Shown here in pieces: positions 29,480 to 42,790 of a DNA stretch of 64,000 nt; the stretch's first letter is position 1; the number at the start of each line of letters is the position of its first letter. The notes below the pieces were generated by a model. The model made no database searches. It was given only the letters and a program-made list of their open reading frames with translations, and had not been told where the DNA came from. Position numbers and translations under genes: made by a program. Origin of the DNA: Dicyema japonicum (lineage: Eukaryota > Animalia > Dicyemida); contig RDEW01000048.1 of assembly GCA_011109175.1 (NCBI GenBank), positions 271,445-335,444 of the forward strand, written 5' to 3'.

Positions 29480-30600
29480 TTTGTATAATTAAAGACAAAA
29501 AACCTTTACTATATGTTTCGGGGCTGTCTTACCTTTTTGCTCTGGCTTTGGTGGCTGGAACTCTCCAGAAATGCAGCGTTCCGTGATTTTGGATGCTCTT
29601 TTTCGGCTAGCCTCGATCTTCAAGACATTCGTCCAAGAGATGAATGGGCCCTATATACCACATGCATAAGAGATGTATGGTTCATTGAATTGTTTATATA
29701 TACAGCTCAAAACATAATGCTTTTCGATCTTCCATAAGTCTGTGAGGCATTTTAGAACATTAGTTTTTTTTCGCATTTCGTAATTACGTTTTCAACATGG
29801 GGCGAGAATGCCATATGTATGTCAAAAGTAACCCCCTAAGGATTCTTTAAAATTTTCTGAAAGAAATAACTTCATTGTATGCCTTTATTTCGACCGTTCG
29901 TCTTCTCAATCTCTTGTCTGAAGTAAATAGGGTTGTGACGAAATTTTCACTGCTGGAAGTTAGGCGATTCTTCGACAGTCATTTGTCAAGACGGTCCAGA
30001 TTTTCTTGGAATCTCGAAGTGGCAATCTGGATGTCCTAATCGCGTGACACAATGACGATGTCGTCGGCATAAGTTAAAATAATATCATTTTTGGCGTCTG
30101 GACTGGGGAGGTCCGCCATGAATAAATTGTATAAAACTGGAGACAAAGGGGATTCTTGGGAAACCCCATTAAGGAAAGGCCGTGAAATAGACCTTGATTG
30201 GCCAATGCAAACGCGTCCCCTCCGACCACTAAGGAAGTTAGCTAGCCAGAATTTGAGCTTTCCGGGAATTTTGTTTGGTAAATTTTCCAAGCAAGAATCT
30301 TTCTTGAAACAGAGTCGAAAGCCTTGTGGACGGCTACAGAGCAAAGTACAGTTTTCATGTGTCCCGGCCTGTGAGAGAAACCATATCGTATAAAGTTAGT
30401 CAATGCAGAAAAGTGGGTAGACCTCTCCTTTCTAAAACCATGTTGAAATGACAAATCCGGGAGGAAATTTTTGATTTACGCAAGAATCAGCCTTTCCAGA
30501 ATTTTCGACACAGAACACAATAACGCGATCGGTCTGTATGAAGCTGGGTCCTTCTTCACTTTTCCGGGTTTTAAAATTGGACGTAGGTGGGTAAGCTTCC
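29480..30600 (-). mobile_element. Jockey/I-like LINE RT fragment
   Basis: FQHGFRKERST, VHKAFDSV, NGVSQESPLSP, TYADD and C-terminal KQFNEPYISYAC. Confidence 0.8.
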
Positions 30601-30619
30601 ATAAAGCTGGAATAGAATT

Positions 30620-31210
30620 TTTGTTAATAGTGGTTGAATATCCTCGTTAATGCGCTCTACATATAGAAGATCATTATACTCTCCCAAAATCAAATTGTTT
30701 GGATATGAAATTCCTATGAATAAGTCTCCAACAATACTAGGATTAAAGTTGGATACTCTCCTGACATTCGGCCAACATGTCAATGACGTTATTACCAGAG
30801 TCAGGAGGAGGACCAACATATTGAAAATTTTGTCCCGATCACCAATCGGGCACAACACCTTCTTACTACAGAAAATTTACAGACAATACATACAGCCAGT
30901 AATCGAATATGCATGTCCCTCCTGGAGCTCGATGATTTCTGAATCGTCGTCTCAAAAATTAGAAGCCGTACAACTTGCTGCCTTGAAAATAATAAATAAG
31001 AAAACTGTGGATAACATATTGAATGTTAAAGAACACCTAAGGTGGAGAGTGAAGTTATTTCTACAGTGGGCAATAAAAACCGGCGGTCCGCTTTCACTCT
31101 CTATATCTGACTATCTAGAAAATGCGGGAAATCTATGGAGAATGAGACCGTCCCCGTTTCTACCAATTCTGTTGGATCTTCGAGGACCCGAACGAGAGCC
31201 ATAACCCGGA
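30620..31210 (+). mobile_element. LINE ORF2 C-terminal fragment
   Basis: ILGLKLDTLLTFGQHV and YRQYIQPVIEYACPSW. Confidence 0.75.
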
Positions 31211-32049
31211 AAACCGGGATCACTTAGTTAGTAGTCAACTTTTAACTTTTTCTAATCCGGTGATCTTGGGGTAAAAAAAATGCAGCGATTCCATAGTCCC
31301 CAAGTTTCTTCCAGCCGCACCAGACGTCTCTAATCAAAAATTGCCAAAAACTAATCAAAAACTTTAATAGATAATAATGTGGAAGGATATTTTTCAATTA
31401 GCCGTATATGCATTCAGAAATATTTTTTTCCATTTTTTACAGAAAAAACTTATTAACAGAAAGTCTAGATTCCAGATCTTTTTACTCTGTAATAAATGCA
31501 TTTAAAAAACTCAAAATAGCTTTTTGTCAAGTTACCTTTGGATAAATTCTCTACATTTTCGCATAGAAGGAAGTAAAACAATATCCTATACCCTCAAACA
31601 AGTTTTGTACACTTTACTGTTCAACTTATATAAGCATAGTGACCTCATTGATCGTAGAGTCCGTAGGTGGAATGAGAAAATCAGATATTTTTACAGTAGC
31701 ACCTGTGAAATACTAATAAAAATGATAAACCTGCTAGTTTGAAATGTTTCCTTGACAAAAAAATTCAATAAAAAGCTGTTGTTAGAAAATTTGTGAGTTG
31801 ATTGAAAATTCACCAGAATGTTTTCTATAAACAGTCTTAAGCTTTTCAATTACCTTCCTGATTTGAATGCGACATACCAGACACGTTAGTATTTTATTCA
31901 AAAACTCTAAAAAATAATAAATAAAAATCAATAAAAATTTTGACCTTTTTTGAAATTATAACTATTGACTTTATTGACAAAATCTTCCTACTGATAACTT
32001 TTAAGGCAGTCTTTAGATATATTATGAACAGGACTGGAGTTAGTGAATC

Positions 32050-32410
32050 TCCCTATGCGATACGTATGAATATTGAGGGTCTGCATTTTTCAGTTTGACT
32101 GCAAGGCGGGTGTTTATCAGAACCTCCATCAGGTTGTTTCTGTTTACTCTGTCGAAGACCCTCGAAGGATCTATCTCCATAATATTTATTTTTTATATTT
32201 TCGGAACATTGCAGCATACCATTTGTGCGCCTAGACAACGTCTGCAGTTGACCGTCCAGTTCAACTCCAGTTTGAGGGAAGATATTCTTCCAAATTGTGT
32301 CTTATTGGGAATAATATTGAATGATATTTTTCGAATGATCGTATGTAGGATTATTGCGCGTAGTTTTTTAGATGACCTTTCGGTTTCCAATGTTTTTCTA
32401 GGGTAAGCTG
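32050..32410 (-). mobile_element. RTE-like LINE RT fragment related to the 16400 element
   Basis: LRAIILHTIIRK, GRSTADVV*AHKW and DPSRVFDRVNR match the 16613 ORF. Confidence 0.7.
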
Positions 32411-33249
32411 TAACACTTATTGAAAAATAATCTATATTTATTGAAAATAGTTTTTTATTGTTAACAAAGACAAGAAGTTCAGATAAGGAAAAACTGTAAA
32501 TTGTATCCTGTCTTGACTACTGTTATCAGCAGATTAATCCACATCTTAATGTAACTTCCATACTCTGAAGTAATCTTAGGGAAGGAATTACTGATTTGTT
32601 TTAATGAAATACATATTCAAATATCGACAGTACTATATGTTATTTCGCCTGTACTCTGATTTTGGTTAGTGATTTGCAAACCAAAGATTTGTGTGGCATT
32701 AGTAGAAACCCATAGTGGAATATATTTTCAGAAAAAATAGAAAATACGAATTTCATCTTCGAGGATTGATATAATTTTCTTATATATATTTATATCACTT
32801 GCTGTAGGCTACATAGTCATGTGTTATACATTCACAAAATAATTATAGGTCAAATTTGAGGAAATGATTTTTGATAAAGTTTTTAGACATTGTGATCGTT
32901 TATAGGGTGGAGTTTTGAATCATTTATTGGGTTGAGGTTGGTTATATGTAAGAATTCCAAGTAAATACGACTTTTTTAACATCGGATAAAGTAGTTGTAG
33001 GTTTTCATTAGGCTCTCCTTATTCTGGAAAAATGATGTACATTATGGGAATTGATTTTTCTAAATAAACTACTGTTCAAGGACATATTAATACTACCAAG
33101 AATTATACTTTTTGTTGGCATATACTTGTCAGAATGTGATGGCGGTAAAAGTAAATATTCACGACCAGTAATAGTGCTTTTGAGTGTGAATCACTTGCAA
33201 CAGTACTCTTCAATTTATTTGGAAACTGTTTTGATGTTCAAAATTACAT

Positions 33250-33530
33250 AATTATTAAAAAGCACTCTCGAGAAAACATAAAATTAGTTAAGTTTCCCTT
33301 GTGCCGTATTCCGAATCATCCTCTTTGTCAGCTTCGACCATGATCTCTGTTGCGCACTAGTTCTCTTAGGAGTCCAGGCCGTCCGCCATTTTTATTATAA
33401 AATAAGATGATGTCCACACTCTTGTAACGTAGTGAATCAGGTCCTGGTGGACTGCAAATCCGAGACCATAATGTCGGCAGGCTGACGGGAGGATAAAAAG
33501 GTGAAATTTTCCAAACAGTTCTGTACATTG
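33250..33530 (-). mobile_element. RTE-like LINE 3' end
   Basis: Ends GGCACAAGGGAAACTTAA...GAGAGTGCT(T)n-TAATAAT, matching the 3' end at 42470. Confidence 0.65.
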
Positions 33531-34813
33531 TACGGTCGTTTTTGTCTCTTGTAGACAGCAGACAGAGACGTCATATTTGGTTAGATTGGTGTTTCATGTA
33601 AGGTTGTATAAGTCCTCTGCAATTAAAAGATCCCAGAGTGAACGGAGAAGTCGGTAAGGAATACGAATAAGACATAGTGTCGTCACCACCTCAACCAGAA
33701 TTAAATAAACGAACGTTTATAGAATATGGACGACATTGATTTTCAGACAAAGTTATTTATTTCAGTTGTGGATAAAAGCATAAATATTTTGGAGAGATGT
33801 TCATTAAAAATACAAAGAATATTGTTGTTGAACATTGGAGTTTATAAAAGTTTGAGGTGTTAAGGATATTGCTTTACAAAAATGTTGTCATGTGTGCAAT
33901 TAAAAAAGATGTGTAGAATACGTTTAGAAAGTAAATTTGAATCTCTGAATATTGTTATATAATGCATTGTGATAGAATAACTCAGGAATGTGGAGAATGT
34001 CGAAAACAGATATTGAGAGACTTGATGGATATCCCACAAATCAACTCTCATTAGTCAAAGAATATAAATACGACTTTTTGGCATATTTTTAGGGGACAAC
34101 CGAAAACAGAGACAACCTTGATAAAACCCGGAAGCGCGGAATAATGAAAGTTGAATGGAATAAATTATTAGAAAGGATAATAAGTAGTGAAACCGTATAA
34201 ACTAGTAAGTAGTATTAACTATCACAAGATTACCCTATCACCCATTTAAATAAGGTCACATTGTGTCATTATTATTGGTGTTTATAATGAGATTAAATAT
34301 ATTAAGCTTTTCTACTGAGATGGATATACAATATGGAATTATGTTAAGGAGATTCCATCAACAGCTCATAAAGTCTATAGGTGATGGTGGAAACTTGGTA
34401 AAAATTTAATCGAAGAATGACTTTCAAGACTTACGATTGGTAATTTTGGATATAAATCTACTTATTGGAATGAATATCACAAAGAATATTTGAAATTCTT
34501 TACAAAATTTAGTTACTCTAACCTCATTAACATGACCGATTGTCATAAAGCGTCCAGCTTAGAGTGTCGGGGCTAGTTCCTTAATGTAATTTGTGGTCCT
34601 GGTCTGGAAAAGGAACCAAGCTGTTCAGGTGAGAGGAGGACAAAATTCGTATCCATCCCATAGAAGTAAATGATTTTTGTGGAGGGAATGGTGGGTAATG
34701 AGATTAATATTAAAAAGTATAATTATTAATGATTATTAAATATTATTAATAATAAAATTATTAAAATAATAAATGCAAATATATTGAATATATTAAATTC
34801 CTTATACCCGATT

Positions 34814-35475
34814 ATGATAGATAATAATCTAACAATGAAATGTGTATTTATTGGAGATGGAGGAGTTGGAAAGACAAGTTTATTGTCAACATATGCTAAT
34901 AAGAGTTTCCCAACACAATATGTGCCAACAGTAATAATAATAATGATAAAAGGTGTTTGACAATTATACAACAACAGTGAGAATAAATTCAGGAGAACAA
35001 ACTATATCTGTAACGTGTTGTCTGTTTGACACAGCAGGACAGGAAGACTATCAAAGATTACGTAGTTTGTCATATCAAAAAACAAATGTCTTTGTAATTA
35101 CCTTCTCTTTAGTTCAACCAAATTCTTTCCATAATGTCAGGGATAAGGTAATAATTAGTATTACTTAGTGGGTGCCTGAAATAAGACCTCATTTGATTAA
35201 TAATTGTTTCATGGTTTTAGTGGGAACTCAATTGGATTTAAGGAATAACTTTATTAACGAAAAGAAACCAGTAGTCACTCATGAAATGGGAGAAAAATTG
35301 GCTAAAGAATTAAAATGTGATAAATATATGGAAACTTCTGCTTTAGAAAATGTATTCATTATTATTTAATGTTAAGAAAAATATTGGGGAGACTATGAGC
35401 CACGTTGTTGTCAATTTTGTTAACAAAATTATTATGGAACATCAAAAACCAAAGAATAAATGTAACATCATTTGA
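34814..35475 (+). CDS. Rho-family small GTPase (Cdc42/Rac-like)
   Basis: [25 protein letters not shown]|[16 protein letters not shown]|[19 protein letters not shown]|..CNII* (CAAX). Three micro-introns. Confidence 0.92.
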
Positions 35476-36299
35476 CATACTAACCTTTATTCAATATTTT
35501 GGGAATTATTAATATTATGGACACGCTACAGTACTTTGGAATATTAGCTCTCCAAAGACAACCTTTCTTATCCACAGAACCATCTACAGTTTACGTTGAG
35601 GAATGCCTCCTCTGGATCCCAAGAGCACCAAGAGTAGGCTATAGTTTTTCCAAGTTGATTATCAGAGTAATCTAGGATAACACTCGAGATGCTTGGATAT
35701 GTCTTTTCTGTGTTGCTACTCATCCTCTGTTCGCATACTAATGAAAGAAATAAATCTCAATCATAAAGAAGAACGCCTCAAAATACGAAAACATCAACCT
35801 ATCGACTACGATCTATCAATTGAGGATAACTTCTGCTTAAGGTCAAGAATTACAAACATGATTTACGTACCTAAGTAAAAAAAAATTTGGGTCTTGGATA
35901 TTCGATACGGAGACTCTTTAGTAATGGTACGGGAGATAAACTCAAAAAATCGCACTAAACACCTATCGGTTTCATGTAACTTAACCACGACAAAAAGAGA
36001 GACATTATATACTAGTCCTCGCCACTGAAGACATACGATCGGCTATTACATCCTTCCCAGTGACCAGTTGTGTTCTCCTAGAAAGTCTATGCCCAAACCA
36101 TATAAATGATCTTACTTTTGTTGATTTTCCACGTCATCTCAGATCAAGATTACGATTACAGACTAACCGAGTACCAAAAGGTTTTCCGTTGTTTTCGACC
36201 CCTTTCAATCTTTTCCTCCACAACCTAACAAATTACGAGGACGAAAATTTTTCGTCAGTAACCCCAGCCTCGCTAACTTGTAGGAGGCCAGCAGCTATT

Positions 36300-37500
36300 A
36301 AATAGGGCGCAGCTTTAACAATTCACATCAAATTTAAAAACCCTGGACTCCCACACGTCTTTGTTTATCCTCAGGAATTTTCACCTTAGTCGTGGCGACT
36401 CTTTTTTATTCTACGGACAGCCCCATGTTTAACGGAAATGAACTTCTTAAGAGCCATCAACGAGAAGCTGAGTACAGCTGTTGAAGAAACTCTCAAAATT
36501 TATTTTAATAAAACTTGCTGGATCCGATAAAAACTACCTCTTCGCTACGGAGGAATCGGAATACGCTCACCACTGGAACTCGCCCTCCCGGTCTTATATC
36601 TTCGAATGCGCTCACCACTAGAACTCATATGCTTCCAATGGTCTCACACGCCAAATCCTACTCTACATTAACGGATCGGACGCTGAAGGTACGCATGGCT
36701 CAGAAAGTTTGGATGCGACTGGACGTTGAATTCCCGAAGAACGCTAATAAACAACGAGAATGGGACAAGCTTTTATGCTCAAAGATCATTGAAGAAATAA
36801 AACCTGTGCTTGATCAGCATCCTCTGGCTTCTCTGGCTTCTGCATCGACGAACGAAACTGGAGCCTGGCTCAGAGCATTACCATACACCTCACTTGGGAC
36901 ACGATTGGATGACGACGCGACGATGATTGGGGTATCCGTCCGCTTCAGAATAGATGTTTGCACAATCCATCACTGTCGATGTGGAGGAATGGTCGACGCG
37001 AAAGGTCTTCATGCTCTTTCCTGTCGGAGGAGTGCTGAAGGAGTCCAAGACACTACACAATCAACGGAGTTATTGGTTGGGGATTTGAGGCCGTTTGATT
37101 TCCTATCTTATTGGAGTCGCTTGGACTTGCTCAAGCCAACCGAAGACCGGATGGAACCATTCTTTTCTCACGGGAAAGTGTAAATATTTTGTTTGGGGTG
37201 CCACCTGTGTAGATAGCTTCTCTCCTTCTAACCTTGCAACGACAGCAACTAACCCAGGCTCTGCTTCGGAGAAGGCTGAGACCCTAAAGTTAAAAAAATA
37301 CGCATGTCTTGGTGGACTTTTCATTTTTGAACTAGTCGATGTGGGAACGTCAGGAATCGTAGGAAACATCTCACTGGTCCTGCTAAACAGAATCAGTTGC
37401 TCATCGCCAGGTAAAAATGATGGGAGAAAAGGAGCTGGCTCATTGTGCGCATTTCCTTGCAAATTGTCAGGGGAAATGGGTTCTCAATTATGAGAGCAGC
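36300..37500 (+). mobile_element. CRE-clade LINE, C-terminal CCHC + RLE region
   Basis: GAWLRALPYTSLGTRLDDD, HHCRCGGMVDAKGLHALSC, WGATCVDSF and KLKKY. Confidence 0.85.
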
Positions 37501-37799
37501 CAGCTGTTGTTAACTGTTATTTTTTACGTTAAATAAAAAATTGAAATTGTTAATTCCAGGAAAATGTCAATATCAAGAATACCTATCTTGTTAATCCCTC
37601 CAACTTTTTGTATTATTGGTTACATGCAGAATTTACTTCCTCTTCTGTTAAACATATTATTATGCGGAAATTTCTACGTCCACCATCTTATACCTGGTAG
37701 TTCTCTAACAATCCTAATCACCGTGGATTGCAAATCATGCACGATATTACGGATTTTTTGTTTTTAAGATCCAAATTTTACATCTGATTTGCTTTACAA

Positions 37800-39950
37800 A
37801 CATAATTTATATCTCATTATGTTCTCAGAGTCTGCATTATTTTGGTTGAGGTGATGACGTGCCTCTCTAGCTATGTCTCAAACATGTTTTATTAGATCGT
37901 CTTCTGTATATTCCAATTTTTTCCAACCCTGTTAAGATCGTTGTTGAGGTCCACAAAAATAGTGACTGTCCCTTTCACTAACGGAGGTCTGTTCTCATTG
38001 TTGAATTATTGTTCCATTATTATTTTGGCAGTAGCATCACAGAGTCTTATTCAGAGTCTGATAGTTTGCTTATTCGGAGGGCGCATGATTTTACAGCAGA
38101 GAGCTTTAACCCTCTCATGTTGCATCGGTGCTCAATCTGCTGCACATACTCCAGGATTCTTCCTTCAGATATAGAAGATTTTAGAGATGTGGCCATCACA
38201 ATTACGTCATCCGCATAAATAAGAAGACTAGTATTAATATCCTCGGACGTGGAATACTCGCCATGAATATATTAAACAAAATAGAGCTCAATACTGAACC
38301 TTGTGGTACTCCTCTCTTGAATGATATTGCATCAGATATATATCCACACACCTTCACAAAAGATTGTCTTTCCTAAAGATAATTTCTTAACCAAATAAAT
38401 AAGTATCGTGGAACACATACTGATACAAGCTGTTTTAGCAACGCTTCACGACATACACTATCGAATAATTTTGAGATATCAAGACATATTAAGTTTATTT
38501 GCCTTTTGGAATCCCTTGCTTTCATGATTTCAGAATTTAGTAGAAAGAAACAGTCTGCACAGCCTCTTCCGGGACGAAAACCCCACTGTTCCGGAATCAG
38601 AAATTCATTCTTCTCCATATGTCTGTCCTCCCAATAATAAGAAAAATGGTTTGGGTCATCCGACGTAAGGATCACAAATCCAGATTAATTAGAAAATAAT
38701 TCTAAACGCCGTTCATCCTGCAACAACCATAAATACTATTCTTAGAATTAAGATCGCCAATTAAGATAGTATAGGGATTCTTGTTGTAGAACTCAGAGAT
38801 ATCTGTAGAACAAGTCTTAAGATTCTTGGAGTATAGACCTCAAACACTAATCCATATTCCGTCGCAACAAACGTCTATGCTTGCAAATTTACACAATACA
38901 TCACAAACGATTTTTGGATTACGAATTCGGAGGCAGTCGAAAATAAACGTTCTCGTACCAGCAACTGCTTCAGCCTTCTATAAAACGTTCACGGAATTGT
39001 ATCCAGTCATTATATTACTCTTTGCTTTTCTTAATTTCAAGGTGTCGATCTTGGAGGCCCTCACAAGTAGTGTTAGTTCATTATGCCTTTTCCTTAAGAA
39101 TCTGCCATTCACTAGCACTATTTTTAGTCTTTGCTTCAAACATTTTGGTGACCTTACTTCTTCAAACCCTGTTCAATCGAGCAGATATGGTTTAGCCGTG
39201 ATATAATATTCAATATTTTCATATTTACCTTCTCTAATAGATTGGGTGGGACTTTATTCAATTTTCGACAAAATTTTAGGTGCCTTCTTTGACGTAACTT
39301 TCCTTGCTATCCATGTCCTCTTAATATTGCCTGTCCATCGTTTTTCGTTGCTCTCCTCTGATCAGACTTTCTGGCAACTGGAAATCCACCTATCTGGTCA
39401 ATGTGAGGGCGAACCACTATTTATGAAATTCATTGTGTTCCTAGAAGTCTCTCCACATGGAGTCAGGTCGTGTTCCCCTGCGCAACTGAGAAATCTTGTC
39501 TTCTTACAGAAGGAGGATATGTGTCCATGGCAGTTGAAACATTTCTGTGGGCTTCTTCTGTACCATTTACATGTAATTAACACGTGGGCTATGTTGAAAA
39601 CAAGACGGACAAGCGATGTAGCCTCCACCCTTGATCTAGAACTTTTGCAAGAGGGAGTCTCCTATCTCCCTTGTAGAATCGACATATGCTCATGGTAGAG
39701 GAAGCTAATTACTTGATATTCATGAAGGTCGTTATCATCAACCCAAAATGGCAGATTTCTCACCACAATTTCGGACGATCTTACTCGGATTTCACTGAAG
39801 CGGTGGTTTCCAAGACCAAATGTGAAGTAGCATTCACATGTTCACAAAAGTTCCTTTTGTCCTCCTCCTTTCTGAATTTGATGCGGAAGATCCCGGAACC
39901 CTGTGGCTAAATCTATAGACCTCGTCAAGTCGAACGAGTACAACAGCTTA
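37800..39950 (-). mobile_element. I/Jockey-group LINE with ORF1 zinc knuckles and RT fragment
   Basis: ORF1 remnant PQKCFNCHGHISSFCK..CAGEH. RT EQWGFRPGRG, LDISKLFDSV and GVPQGSVLS. Confidence 0.8.
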
Positions 39951-40944
39951 GAAATTTTTATGACTTCCATATTCGATGTTACCAAATCTGTATAAATACA
40001 TTTCTAGAGTATTCAAAAGCTGGAGGGTCGTGATCATTCCGAGAAATGATGTGACGCGCTTCTCACTTAGTCTAGAAAACCCTGAATATATATTTTTACT
40101 CCTCTTGCAGGCCTTTCAGGATAGGCTTCTCTCAATAGACAATAACCGACTTTCGCGTTCAGTCACAACATAAAAATGTTTTCAAGTTATTCTTTTTTAT
40201 TTATCATTAAGGTTTCGAACATTGAATGACACTTAGTGTTAAGAGTTCACTCAAATCACGTGAGACTTTTTATCTTAGAACCACGTAACCAACTAAAAAA
40301 TGCAAAGATAGCTTGACTATCATCTAGGGGGAATTTATCAGAATGAAGAACTGTGGTTTTCTTGACCACAAGAATTCCTGTTTATCAAAAATGAACCCCT
40401 AAGTAATAAGACTAAAAACTCTTTTTAAAAACAATTACTAGATGTCTATAAATACCAATTGACCAACTACGCTGTGAATTAAAAATTATCCCATTCAGTG
40501 ACCACATCATGGTGTTTAGTATATAACGAATGGATAATACAGGACCATTCAATTCAAGGCATTTGGAACAAATAAAAAGATTATGCCTTCTCTTGTGACA
40601 AAGTTTGTATTCTTCAAACTATTCCAGAGACTGAGCTTACTCACACCAGGATTCCTACTAATTCCCTGTATTAAAAAGCTTATGTGAGGTGTTCCGTCGA
40701 ATATGTTATAAAGATCTGTAAAAATATGCGGTAATTAATTGACCTCTGACTTATGTCATATAATTGTACTTTAAGCAACATAAGTACATTGTAGTATAGT
40801 TTGTAGGCAGATATGCCAGAGGTGTTAATTTGATGAAATGTGTGAATGATTGTTGGTTGAGGTAACCATGACATATTGATTATTTGTCGTAATAATTTAA
40901 TAATAAAGTGACGATGATTAAAGGTGTATTAGTAAGAATAGTAG

Positions 40945-42252
40945 ATGGACAAAGATTGGGAAAGAAAAGCAACAGATGATGGAATTCCCTATTATGTAAT
41001 GTTAAAGACAGGTGAGTGTCAGTGGATGAACCCTCGTTTAATGGAAATAATAGCATTAAGCAGTATAAATATGAATAATATTAAGAGAAATTCAATAATG
41101 TGGTGTATTCTAGTTGGAGAATTGGAGAGAAAGTAAATTTTATATCAAAAGAGTTATCAAGTAAGAATAATATTATTGTAAGTTTCATCGTTAAAGTACT
41201 CGGAATTTATAGATTTGTTTGATTGTAATTGTTGTGAAATGGAAATAAATGAAGTGGTGGAAGTATTAACTCGAATATATGAGCATTTGGGGATTGTAAA
41301 TAGTGATTTTGTTGATAAAATATTAAATTGTGTGATACTGCTATCAGATAAAAAATCAAAAGTAAATGTTGAATGTTTAAATTTATTAATAATAATTTGT
41401 TGTGTTAGAAATATAAATATAATGCATAAAAGTATTATTATATATAATATTTAGGTATATTTAAAGCATTTACACAAAGTAATATAATGAGAGTTAATGA
41501 CTTTGATAGATTAACCAAATATCTTTATAAAATAGCTGAAATGATTGGGGAAACTGATTCTTTCAATAAATATAATAATCAATTTGGACACAATAAGACA
41601 TATCATCAATACTATATGTGGGCTAAAAAGAATAATTCTATCCTCTCTTGGTTACAATGTTTATGCCACTTATCACATAATATATCATATAATGTCACCT
41701 GTACTATTTGTGGTCGTAATCCCATTTATGCACTCATGTTTAAATGTCTTCACTGTAAAAACTACAATTTATGTAAACAATGCTGTCTTGAGGTAAAACA
41801 TCAGATAATCACATTCTATCACATCAAATTACACCACATTCTAAACATGTCACTTTTATATTCATTCATAGATATCTAATAAAATTAAACTAAAGGAGTA
41901 CTACAAAACTATCAAGAATGCTCTCTCCAAAGATAAAACTAACAAGGCACTCTTTATGACTACTTTTAATGATCTTAAATTTAATAAGTTTTTAATATTT
42001 TATATTTTAGTTATAAATTAAGACAATCCACCTGTCTTAAACTATCACAACAAACTACACTTAATAATCAAAATTATAAACTTGAAAGACAGATTAAATT
42101 ACTCAAAACACTAATTGTTCAGGTTTTATTAATAACACTAATATTAGTCACAACTTACAACACAACATGATCACAATCAATATGACTACAATCTATTAAG
42201 AATGGCTGATGATCTTGGAACATCATTGTGCAAACTTATTCAATCACTATAA
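40945..42252 (+). CDS. Miniature dystrophin-family protein (WW-EF-ZZ-coiled coil, Dp71-like)
   Basis: WW DWERKATDDGIPYYV..QWMNP; FNNVVYSSWR; EF region ..IAEMIGETDSF..SILSWL; ZZ CTICGRNPI..KCLHCKNYNLCKQC; coiled coil NQNYKLERQIKLLKTLI; C-terminus LRMADDLGTSLCKLI*. Introns include 41063-41085 and 41161-41182. One 1-nt frameshift near 41790. Confidence 0.85.
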
Positions 42253-42469
42253 CATTATTAATTCACTTACATCCTCTTTAATATTCCTTATACTTCCGAT
42301 TATTACTTCTACAACGGACAGGGATCACTTCTCCCCTTCACTTTTCAACACCCTACTGACATTCCCATAACTCACCAAATCTCATAATATTATCCGAATA
42401 TAAAAGCATTCAATCAGATAATGTTCAAAATCACCTAAATATTATGTTAAGTGACTTTAACTTAATGTT

Positions 42470-42790
42470 TATTATTATTATTATCAGCACTGCCGAGAAC
42501 ACATAAAAAAACAAAAGTCAATTAAGGTTCCCTTGTGCCGCGCCGGCCACCCTTTGCACCAATCGGATCCAAAGGCCTCTCCGTTTCGCAAGATCTCTTA
42601 GTTCATCGAGGTCATCCATTGTTTTCAACTCCCTGCCTATGGCTTTTAGGTCTTCATTTAGCGTGATAGGTAAGGTTGTTCTAGGCCTTCCTCGGAATGA
42701 TTTTGTTTTTTCCATGAAATAATGTTTCCATATCTTAAATAACTTTATCAAAAACAATTCATTTACACAACCAGTTCTTCCAAACATTTG
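42470..42790 (-). mobile_element. RTE-like LINE 3' end
   Basis: FRGRPRTTLP..DDLDELRDLA..W aligns with the 17523 ORF; (TAA)n tail. Confidence 0.8.
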
